Source: an uncultured Methanosarcinales archaeon | GTDB taxonomy: Archaea; Nanobdellota; Nanobdellia; Woesearchaeales; DATGWN01 | Assembly: GCA_964557345.1 (NCBI GenBank) | Contig: CAZKZU010000002.1 | Span: 1-60,424 of the forward strand | Length of the DNA: 60,424 nucleotides | Direction of reading: 5' to 3' | Shown here: positions 46,683 through 54,854 of the stretch, piece by piece | Numbering within the stretch: position 1 is the first letter of the stretch | Layout of the letters: each line of letters opens with the position of its first letter | The notes under the pieces: model-generated | What the model saw: only the letters and a program-made list of their open reading frames with translations | The model's database searches: none | Told to the model about the DNA's origin: nothing | Translations under genes and position numbers: made by a program

Positions 46683-46791
46683 ACTGATGTATTTGAAAGG
46701 AGCTTTAAAAATTTAATGATAAATATATTTGGAGCAATGTTAGTGTTTTTTGTAGATTTGTCATTAATTAAATTTATAATGTGGTGTTTAT

Positions 46792-47514
46792 ATGCAGTAT
46801 ATTATGAGGAATGTTCAAAAAAAGAAACCTAAGTTGGCTTCCAATTTAAATAGTGGAATTAAAGGTGCTAATGATTTGAAGAAGGTTCGAAATTCATCTA
46901 GATTAAATCGAAAAAAATCAGCTAAAGTTTCTAAACATATCTCTTCTAATGTAGTTTCGAATTATGATAATTTGTTCATTAAAATGGCGGGCATTTCTAA
47001 TGTGGTGATTATGTTTTTATTTTTTCCATATTTAGCGTTATCTATTTTAAAGAATCACATAGTTACTGATTTACAAGTTGTTATATATTTTATTGTGAAT
47101 ATCGTTTATTTTATTTTTTCAAGTATTGCGTTTTACGGATTTATTCGGCTTGGTTATAAATTTAAGGTATCTCTGTTATCTAATACAGTATTATTAATCG
47201 CTGTTTCTATGGGAATTACTTTAGTTTATGATTTTGTAACTCTTTTTAGTCCTGTGTTTTATAGTAAGGTAGTTTTAATAATAATATCTGTTGTTCAGGG
47301 AATTTTATTATTAATTTATGGTTTGATGCTTTTAAAACTTAGACGTTATTTTAAGGGCGTAGCAATTGTAGCTGGTGTTTTGAATATTATTTCAGCAGTA
47401 TTTTTCTTAAGTTATTTCTGGTCAATACTTTTTATTTTTTTATTCATTCCCACTATTGTTGCAGAAACAATGTTGTTATTTTTAGCAGCAAAAACTGATC
47501 CTTCTGTTTATTGA
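46792..47514 (+). CDS. Hypothetical polytopic membrane protein with a basic N-terminal extension
   Basis: Lys-rich N-terminal region of about 60 aa, then 5-6 TM helices. The start is uncertain, with an internal Met at MAGISNV. Confidence 0.5.
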   Translation: MQYIMRNVQKKKPKLASNLNSGIKGANDLKKVRNSSRLNRKKSAKVSKHISSNVVSNYDNLFIKMAGISNVVIMFLFFPYLALSILKNHIVTDLQVVIYFIVNIVYFIFSSIAFYGFIRLGYKFKVSLLSNTVLLIAVSMGITLVYDFVTLFSPVFYSKVVLIIISVVQGILLLIYGLMLLKLRRYFKGVAIVAGVLNIISAVFFLSYFWSILFIFLFIPTIVAETMLLFLAAKTDPSVY

Positions 47515-47558
47515 GTTTTTTGTAATGATAGTTAAGGTATTTTAGAATAATTCTTGTC

Positions 47559-47757
47559 ATAAGTAAGCTACCAATTCGCCATTCTTCCAATTTTGGCTCG
47601 TAAAGACAAAAATGGAATTTGAAAAAGTAAGGCTTTTTCATTAATTCTTTATTTCGGCATTCGCCTGTTTATTGTCGCAACGCTCGTTCGCTATTCGCTC
47701 CTCGCTGCTCCATCAAGTCATACGAAATAGTGGCTCATACACAGGTAGCATACTTAT
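47559..47757 (+). repeat. Structured intergenic element, copy C (homologue of 21177-21315 with an insertion of about 65 nt)
   Basis: ataagtaagctacc (47559-47572) pairs with ggtagcatacttat (47744-47757), 13 of 14 pairs. Blocks shared with copy B: aattcgccattcttc, tcggcattcgcctgt (15/15 identical), tcgctgctc, tggctcata. The insertion carries the hairpin gaaaaag-taagg-ctttttc. Confidence 0.45.
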
Positions 47758-47823
47758 TCTTTCTTTTTCCATTCATCATAAAATCGAAAAAATATATAAA
47801 GAATGGCTGTCCAATAGGGATAT

Positions 47824-48492
47824 ATGGATGTTAAAGAAGCTATTATCAAAAGACGGTCTATTAGAAGTTTTCAAGATATTCCTATTCCGCGTGATGTGCT
47901 AGTTGATATTCTTGTCGCTGGACAATATGCGCCTAATGCAGGTAATTTACAAAATTGGAGATTTATAATCGTTGATGATGAGCATCTTAAAGACCAAGTT
48001 GCAGATTATTGTCACGAACAGACTTGGATGAAAACGGCGCCTGTTTTTATAGTAATTTTTATGGATTTTCCAAAGATGAAGAAGTTTTATGCAGAAAGAG
48101 GGGATACTTATTGTCATCAAACTGCAGCAGCGGTTGCAGAAAATATGATTATTATGGCCCAATCGCATGGGCTTTCAAGTTGTTGGGTTGGAGCTTATAA
48201 TGACGAAATGGTTAATCAAGTGTTAAATGCCCCTCCAAATTTTAAGGCAGCAGTAATTTTACCAATTGGGTATGCTAATGAAAAAGCGCCAGTTCCATTA
48301 AAATTAGAGTTACCCGCAGTTGTTTATAGAAATAATTGGGGAGGAAGAGGAAGAGTTGTTGAGGATTTCCTTGTACTTAATGATTATCTAGGTATGGTTC
48401 ATGGTGCTGCACATAAGACATCTAAGGGTTTTAGGAGCACGATGGGCGTTATTAGAGATAAAATTAAGAATAAATTTAAGCGAGAGAAGTGA
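47824..48492 (+). CDS. Nitroreductase-family flavoprotein
   Basis: AIIKRRSIRSFQDIPIPRDVL..IL.AGQYAPNAGNLQNWRFIIV is the typical nitroreductase N-terminus. 222 aa. Confidence 0.85.
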   Translation: MDVKEAIIKRRSIRSFQDIPIPRDVLVDILVAGQYAPNAGNLQNWRFIIVDDEHLKDQVADYCHEQTWMKTAPVFIVIFMDFPKMKKFYAERGDTYCHQTAAAVAENMIIMAQSHGLSSCWVGAYNDEMVNQVLNAPPNFKAAVILPIGYANEKAPVPLKLELPAVVYRNNWGGRGRVVEDFLVLNDYLGMVHGAAHKTSKGFRSTMGVIRDKIKNKFKREK

Positions 48493-48614
48493 ATATAAAA
48501 AATAAGTTATTTTAGAGAGTTTTTTCTTTTTTGAAGTTAAAATTTTATTAGTCCATCTTATAATTATCATACCTCTCAAAACATTTTTAATGATTAGATA
48601 TATCTACTTGTAAT

Positions 48615-50504
48615 ATGGAATTCAAAGTTTTTGCAGAGGTTTTGGCTAGTCTTGAAAGTACTTCAAAAAGGTTAGAAAAAACTAAAATAATTGAAGATTT
48701 ACTCGGCAAGATTAAAAAGGACGAGGTTGAGTCAGTTCTTTTGCTTTTAGAGGGCCGAGTTTTTCCTATTTGGAGTGAGAAAAATATCGGGATAGCCACC
48801 AAACTTGCTATAAAAGCAATTTCTACTGCATTTGGAAGAAGTCTTAATGATATTGAGCAGCATTTTAAAGAAAACGGCGATCTTGGTCTTACTGCTGAGA
48901 AATTTGTTAGTGGGAAAAAACAGCAAACATTATTTTCTTTTCAAGATGAAAAAGCGTCACTTACTGTAAAAAAAGTTTTTAATAATTTTAAAAAAATAGC
49001 TGAAATTGAAGGGGACGGAACTGTCGATATTAAAATAGGGCTTGTGTCCGAGTTATTGAATTCTGCTAGTTCAATTGAAGCAAAATATATTATTAGAATT
49101 GCTATTTCCGATCTTCGAGTGGGAGTTGCTTGGAGCACTATTAGAGATGCAGTTGCAGCAAAAGTTTTTCCTAAAATAATTGGTTTATATGACGAGAAGG
49201 AATTAAAAGATTCTGAAAAGCTGAAAATTGAAGTTGGAAAATATACACGAGTATTAAATTTGAAATTAGGTGAGACTATTTCGTCTATGTCTTTGCTAGA
49301 TTATGATGCGATTGTTTGTGAAAATTATGAGGATGCAAGAAGAGTTTATGATGAAATTATTGCTTCATTGCAACACGCATACGATACTTTAAATGAAGGA
49401 TATAAAGTTGTTTTAATCGCAGAAGAAAAGGGAATATTTGGGTTAAATAATGTTGCACTTGAAGTTATGGCGCCATTAAAAGCAATGCTAATGCAAAAAG
49501 TTAAAACTGTTTCTGAGGCAGTTGAAAAAATTCCGTTGCCTTTCGCTCTCGAATATAAATATGATGGTTTTAGAGCGCAGTGTCATAAAAAAGGAAATGA
49601 TGTTAAACTATTTACTAGAAATATGGAGAATGTTACATTGCAATTTCCTGATGTTGTTGAAATTTTACGAAAACACATCAAAGCTAAAGAAATCGTTCTT
49701 GACGGCGAGATATTAGGCATAGATAAAAAAACAGGTAAGTTTTTAGCGTTTCAAAATATATCTCAACGTATTAAAAGAAAATATGATATTGCAGAATTAG
49801 TTGAAAAGATTCCTGTTATTTATGCAACATGGGATGTTTTGTTTGTTGATGGAAAAAGCATTATAGATGTTTCTCAAAATGAAAGACGAAAAATACTGAT
49901 TGAAAATATTGATCAATCAGAAACTCTTCGAGTATCTGAGCAGAAGATTATTACAAATGTTGAAGATGGTGAAAAGTTTTATGCCCTGTCCTTGGCGATG
50001 GGAAACGAAGGAGTTGTTGTAAAAGATTTGAATTCTGTGTATCAACCAGGAAATAGAGTTGGATGTTGGCTTAAATTAAAACCTACAATGGATCCGCTTG
50101 ACTTAGTTATTATAGGCGCAGAATGGGGCGAAGGAAAACGTGCCAAGTGGCTTACTAGTTTTATAGTTGCATGTAGAAAAAGCGGTTCTACTGAAGAATT
50201 TTTAGAAATTGGAAGAGTTGGAACTGGATTTAAGGAGTTAGCACAAGAAGGTGGAACTACTTTTGAAGAACTTACAAATATTTTGGTTCCATTAATTGAT
50301 AAGTCAGTAAAAGAAAAAGATAAAACAGTTGCAATTAAGCCAAAACTGATTGTTGAAATAGCCTTTGAAGAAATACAGAAAAGTCCTACTTATTCTAGTG
50401 GGTACGCACTACGTTTCCCCCGATTTGTAAGGGTACGGGACGAAATGGGACTTTCCGATGTAAGTGATTTGACTAAGATTAATGATTATTTCGAAGGTCA
50501 GTAG
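48615..50504 (+). CDS. lig: ATP-dependent DNA ligase
   Basis: Motif I EYKYDGFRAQ (KxDG), LDGEIL, EGVVVKD, WLKLKP, plus the N-terminal DNA-binding domain and C-terminal OB fold (ALRFPRFVRVRDE). Confidence 0.95.
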   Translation: MEFKVFAEVLASLESTSKRLEKTKIIEDLLGKIKKDEVESVLLLLEGRVFPIWSEKNIGIATKLAIKAISTAFGRSLNDIEQHFKENGDLGLTAEKFVSGKKQQTLFSFQDEKASLTVKKVFNNFKKIAEIEGDGTVDIKIGLVSELLNSASSIEAKYIIRIAISDLRVGVAWSTIRDAVAAKVFPKIIGLYDEKELKDSEKLKIEVGKYTRVLNLKLGETISSMSLLDYDAIVCENYEDARRVYDEIIASLQHAYDTLNEGYKVVLIAEEKGIFGLNNVALEVMAPLKAMLMQKVKTVSEAVEKIPLPFALEYKYDGFRAQCHKKGNDVKLFTRNMENVTLQFPDVVEILRKHIKAKEIVLDGEILGIDKKTGKFLAFQNISQRIKRKYDIAELVEKIPVIYATWDVLFVDGKSIIDVSQNERRKILIENIDQSETLRVSEQKIITNVEDGEKFYALSLAMGNEGVVVKDLNSVYQPGNRVGCWLKLKPTMDPLDLVIIGAEWGEGKRAKWLTSFIVACRKSGSTEEFLEIGRVGTGFKELAQEGGTTFEELTNILVPLIDKSVKEKDKTVAIKPKLIVEIAFEEIQKSPTYSSGYALRFPRFVRVRDEMGLSDVSDLTKINDYFEGQ

Positions 50505-50653
50505 TTGCTAAAATTAGCTTTGTTTTTCGTTTTTTGACACATATTTGGATGTTTTTTCTAAAGCTAACTTCTAAACAACATTTATAAAGCTAAAAGATAC
50601 AATCTGTAATAAGAAAAGGGAAGAATATAGTCTCTTTACCCGGATAGAGCAAA

Positions 50654-50965
50654 ATGAAGTTATTAAATAAATATATGCATACACTTGAACCAATAGTGCA
50701 AATTGGAAAAAATGGTCTTACTGAAACTGTAATTGAAGAGATTTCTAAGCATCTTGAAAAGCGAAAAGTTGTAAAAATAAAGTGTTTAAAATATTTTTTA
50801 GATAGCATAGAATCTGAAGGCAGTGGTAGTCAAAAAGTAAAAGAAGTTGCAAAGACTTTGCAAGAAAGATTAAATTGTAGTATTAGTTGCGTTGGATTTA
50901 GTATTATTTTGAGTAAGAAAAAAGAAGTTGCAAAGAGTGCTGGAAGAAAAGACAGACTTGCTTAA
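50654..50965 (+). CDS. YhbY/CRS1 (CRM-domain) RNA-binding protein
   Basis: LEPIVQIGKNGLTETVIEEISKHLEKRKVVKIK matches the CRM/YhbY core. 103 aa. Confidence 0.8.
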   Translation: MKLLNKYMHTLEPIVQIGKNGLTETVIEEISKHLEKRKVVKIKCLKYFLDSIESEGSGSQKVKEVAKTLQERLNCSISCVGFSIILSKKKEVAKSAGRKDRLA

Positions 50966-51002
50966 GTAAATTGATTATTAACATATAATTAATTTAAAAA
51001 TA

Positions 51003-51010
51003 TTTATAAA
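51003..51010 (+). promoter_or_regulatory. TATA box (TTTATAAA) 26 nt upstream of the ATG at 51037
   Basis: Same octamer and spacing as the other leaderless genes. Confidence 0.45.
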
Positions 51011-51036
51011 ATAATTTTAGATAATAATTAAGTCAT

Positions 51037-52656
51037 ATGGCCGAACAAAAAGAGGATTTTATTAAGAGATTAGAGGCTGCAAAATTTAAGCCTGAAATAG
51101 CTGAAATATCGAGAGATTTTTTTGATTATACTGGATATCCCACCCCTCTTAAGAAATATCGTTTATCGTTTAAATCTCCTAATTATTCTGTCGAGGAAAT
51201 GTATTTTTGGTTGCTTGGTCATGCAACTAATGATTGGGGTATGCCTTATTCATATAAAATTAATGATATTTTCGCAGCAAGTGTTGGGGCTAGTACATTT
51301 GGAGATTTACATAGTAGAATGACTGCAATGCAAAATCAATCTATGCAAATGATGGCGACTGTTTCTAGTATGAGCAGAGATTTATTTAAGAGAGTAAGAG
51401 AACTTCGTCAAATAAGAGAACGATTGGCATATTATGTAAAAGCTGATGTTAAAAAATCTAGAAAAGAAAGAGCAGATGGTCCAACAATTGGTGCTGAAAA
51501 TACTTTAAAAGATATTTGGATAACAATGGTTGAAGGTGGTGGTGAAAATCCTTCATCTGTATACGGTATGGCTAGAAAAGTTAATTTTACTATTTTACCT
51601 GATTTATTTATGCAGGCGCCAGTTTTAAAACGAGAAGAAGTGCACGAATATTCTAATGCTTTAGATTATAATCCAGCAGTAAAAATCGCACTCGAGAGAA
51701 AATTATATCAATATTTAATTTGGAAAGAAAGAACTTGGGAAGAACTTGATTTTAAAGAGAAATTTCAAAAAAAATTAATTTACCAACATTACATGACTGT
51801 GCGACAATATTTAGTTTGGATAAAACCGTATTTGAAAAATGTTAAGAGCCTTGGAATGAATGAAAATTTAATGAACACTCAAGGCATAGTTAATTCATTT
51901 GAGTCAGCAATAGCTGAAATTGAGGTTTTACTTTACAAACCAGTAGGTATTTCTGAAGATCCAGTTTTAAGAAAAGAAATAGAAACTATGAAATCCGCTC
52001 TCGACAAATTGTCTGATGGTCCTGAAAAGAAAAAATTAAGTGCATCTGCCTCTGAAAAAGAATTAATTTTAAAGAGAAAATGCACTTGTAATTCTGTTGT
52101 TATTATGCATTTTTTATATCAAACAACTCCTTCGATGGATTATCATGCAAAAGATTCTTGGCAGCAAAAAGGTCCGATTCATATTGGAAAAGTGGACGCG
52201 ACTCTTCGAGCATATTCTTGGACTACTGAAAATATAGATGCTTATCGTAAATTAAAAGAAGATGAAGAGATGGATTTATTACAATCTATTGACTACACCC
52301 TGAAAGATGAGGCTGATCTTTTAGGAAATGATTTAAAAGAAATTTTAAATGAAGTTAGGGATAATTTAGGAAAGACTCTTTATCCTGATAAAAAAAGTGG
52401 TGATGATGCAAAAGAAAATAAGCCTGAGAATATGGGTAAAGTTTTTAGTTCAGTTTTTGATGGTTTAAGTGAATTATTTGTCGATCCTTTTTTTGGGAAA
52501 AAAGCAAAGTCAGTAAGGCCTCCTAAAAAAGCAGATTTATTCAAGTATAATACTGATTTTAAAAAATTTCAAACAGTTGCAGAAAAAGAAGCAAAAAATG
52601 TAGCATGGCAGTGTTATAAAAATTATAAAAAAGCACATAGAATGATTACTTGGTAA
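51037..52656 (+). CDS. Hypothetical 539-aa soluble protein, no recognisable family
   Basis: Long clean ORF with its own TATA box. No TM segment or nucleotide-binding motif. Predicted helical/coiled segments and a Lys-rich C-terminus. Confidence 0.6.
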   Translation: MAEQKEDFIKRLEAAKFKPEIAEISRDFFDYTGYPTPLKKYRLSFKSPNYSVEEMYFWLLGHATNDWGMPYSYKINDIFAASVGASTFGDLHSRMTAMQNQSMQMMATVSSMSRDLFKRVRELRQIRERLAYYVKADVKKSRKERADGPTIGAENTLKDIWITMVEGGGENPSSVYGMARKVNFTILPDLFMQAPVLKREEVHEYSNALDYNPAVKIALERKLYQYLIWKERTWEELDFKEKFQKKLIYQHYMTVRQYLVWIKPYLKNVKSLGMNENLMNTQGIVNSFESAIAEIEVLLYKPVGISEDPVLRKEIETMKSALDKLSDGPEKKKLSASASEKELILKRKCTCNSVVIMHFLYQTTPSMDYHAKDSWQQKGPIHIGKVDATLRAYSWTTENIDAYRKLKEDEEMDLLQSIDYTLKDEADLLGNDLKEILNEVRDNLGKTLYPDKKSGDDAKENKPENMGKVFSSVFDGLSELFVDPFFGKKAKSVRPPKKADLFKYNTDFKKFQTVAEKEAKNVAWQCYKNYKKAHRMITW

Positions 52657-52844
52657 TTTTTTATGTATTATAATTATGTTATAGGTTAGTTGTGTTTAGT
52701 TAAATTTAGTTTATAATAATAAAAATCAGATTAAGCGATATGGATAAATTGATTATATATGGGCGGTTTGGAAAGCAAAATTTCAGAATTGCGTTAAGAA
52801 CATTTAAAAATAAAGCTGAATCACGATAAAGAGGAGGAGTTAAA

Positions 52845-54197
52845 ATGGAAGACAGAAAATATCAGCAAGACACAGATCCTGCTACACATGTAAACGCACC
52901 TGCAAATGGGTTGCAAAATCAAATTCAAGATCAGCCGCAAGGCCAGAAAATGGATGAAGAGATGCTTAAAGAAATGGTTAAAAAAGCCAAAGAAATTCAA
53001 GAAAAAGCAGAAAAATTCTCAAAAAAGTTGATTGATAAAATGAAAGATGAAGTTTTAGGAATTTCAGTTTTACCTCCAACTAAAAAAGGACAAAAAGAAA
53101 TAAGTCTTTTCGTATTAATTAACGATAATAAAGTTGACTTTAAAGACAAGGGTCTTTTATTAAAAAACACTTCTGAAGAAGCTAAAAAAATCTGCGATGG
53201 AAGTGATTATGTCCCTCAAGTATATTTATATTCTGAAGTAAAGCAAGCAATGTTTGATGATAACAAAGAACTTGTTACAAAAATAACAAAATCTATGCCG
53301 GTATTTCAAAAAAATAATATTTTGAATGCATTTATTTTACCAGAAATTCATAAAAATTTCGTTTTAGAAAAATTCGAAAGATATGTAGTTTCATACGTAG
53401 GTGTTGGTTCAATTCTTAGAGGAGAAGGTAATCCAAAATCAGATATTGATGTATTTATTATTATTGATGATACTGATGTAAAGCAAATGTCTAGAATGGA
53501 ATTACAAGATAAGATAAGAAGTATTGTTTATAGTATGTCGCTTGAAGCTCAAGAGATGACTAAAATTAAAATCCCAATACATATACAAACTTATTTGTTA
53601 ACTGATTTCTGGGAAATGCTTAAAGAAACTTCATCTCCAGTAATTTATACTTTCTTAAGAGATGGTTTACCGTTCTTTGATAGAGGAATCTATAGACCTT
53701 GGAAATTACTTCTTGATATGGGTAGAATTAAACCTTCAAGAGAAGCTGTTGCAAAACATACTGAAGCAGGAGATTTATTTTATGAAAGAGCAAGAAAAAA
53801 ATTACTTTCAGTTGTAGTTGAGGATTTGTATTATTCTGTATTGAATTCTGCACAATCTTTACTTATGCTTAAAGGAATTGCGCCTCCAACTCATAAAGAA
53901 AGTGTTCAGTTATTTAGAGAAATAATTGTTAAAGATGAAAAATTAATGGATGAAAAATATGCTGATATATTGGAAGAATTTGTGTCCTTATTTAAGAAAT
54001 GGGAATACAATGAAATTCAAGATATGAGTGGATCTGAAACTGAAACTTTTATGAAAAAAGCGGATGACTTTAGGAAGAAAATCTTCCCTATAATTGAAGA
54101 ATTAAATTATAAGCTGTATAAGACAAAATTACTTGATAAAAGTAAAGTTGAAGCAGAAACTGCTAAGCCTGACAAAAAGGAGAGTAAGAAAAAGTAA
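52845..54197 (+). CDS. Pol-beta-superfamily nucleotidyltransferase domain protein with a helical (HEPN-like?) C-terminal domain
   Basis: The minimal NTase motif GVGSILRGEGNPKSDIDVFIIIDD fits hG[GS]x9-13DhD. The C-terminal all-helical region (AGDLFYERARKKLL...SAQSLLMLKGIAPPTHKE) is reminiscent of HEPN/KNTase C-domains. Strong Shine-Dalgarno-like sequence gaggagg 8 nt upstream. Confidence 0.7.
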   Translation: MEDRKYQQDTDPATHVNAPANGLQNQIQDQPQGQKMDEEMLKEMVKKAKEIQEKAEKFSKKLIDKMKDEVLGISVLPPTKKGQKEISLFVLINDNKVDFKDKGLLLKNTSEEAKKICDGSDYVPQVYLYSEVKQAMFDDNKELVTKITKSMPVFQKNNILNAFILPEIHKNFVLEKFERYVVSYVGVGSILRGEGNPKSDIDVFIIIDDTDVKQMSRMELQDKIRSIVYSMSLEAQEMTKIKIPIHIQTYLLTDFWEMLKETSSPVIYTFLRDGLPFFDRGIYRPWKLLLDMGRIKPSREAVAKHTEAGDLFYERARKKLLSVVVEDLYYSVLNSAQSLLMLKGIAPPTHKESVQLFREIIVKDEKLMDEKYADILEEFVSLFKKWEYNEIQDMSGSETETFMKKADDFRKKIFPIIEELNYKLYKTKLLDKSKVEAETAKPDKKESKKK

Positions 54198-54341
54198 GTT
54201 TTATACTTTATAATTATTTTTTTATTTTCATTTTTTGTGTGTATTTAGTACGACGATTAGTTAGCGTTGAAAAAGTTTTTACGAGTATAAATTTTTGAAT
54301 TATTGCACTGTAATTGAATGTGCAACTATGTGTGAAAAACT

Positions 54342-54803
54342 ATGGCTGTTGAATTTGATTTAAAGGAATTAGCAAAATTACCTCCTGCACTTAGACTTGC
54401 AAAGATAAAACAATTAAAAGCAGAAATGCAAAAGCAAGTAGAAAAAGAAGCGGCTAAATTAGAGGAAGATTCTCAAAAGCAAATTGTTAGTGAGCAAAAG
54501 GAGTTAGAAGAGCTTATTAAGTTACGAGAGGAAGAAGCAGCTGAAGAGCGAGCAAAACGTGAGTCTGAAGAAGCATCCAAACGGGCAAGTTTGGAATCAA
54601 CTGTTAGAAAAGAAGTCATAAATGAGGAACAGAAATCAAACGCTGTTGATTATAATACTAGACCCACTAATAATTATGCTTTGCCTCAAAACAATCAAAC
54701 TGGGCCTCAAGGAGAGCCTTTATTCAATGAGTCAATTGGTCCAAAAGATTTAAAACCAAATAGTATCTATAATAATGAAAAGAGTGATTTGTATAGGCAT
54801 TAA
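54342..54803 (+). CDS. Hypothetical highly charged coiled-coil protein
   Basis: 153 aa. Glu/Lys-rich helix (KQLKAEMQKQVEKEAAKLEEDSQKQ...), then an Asn/Pro/Gln-rich tail. Low complexity, so the coding call is moderate. Confidence 0.5.
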   Translation: MAVEFDLKELAKLPPALRLAKIKQLKAEMQKQVEKEAAKLEEDSQKQIVSEQKELEELIKLREEEAAEERAKRESEEASKRASLESTVRKEVINEEQKSNAVDYNTRPTNNYALPQNNQTGPQGEPLFNESIGPKDLKPNSIYNNEKSDLYRH

Positions 54804-54854
54804 GCGTTGTCAATTACGGGATAAAAATCCTCGTTATATTTAATTATAAAAAAG

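Noticed and set aside
50514-50559. Inverted repeat ttagcttt/aaagctaa with T-runs after the ligase gene as a special element
   Set aside because: An 8-bp stem in a T-rich 3' region is consistent with ordinary transcription termination. It has no similarity to the repeat family.
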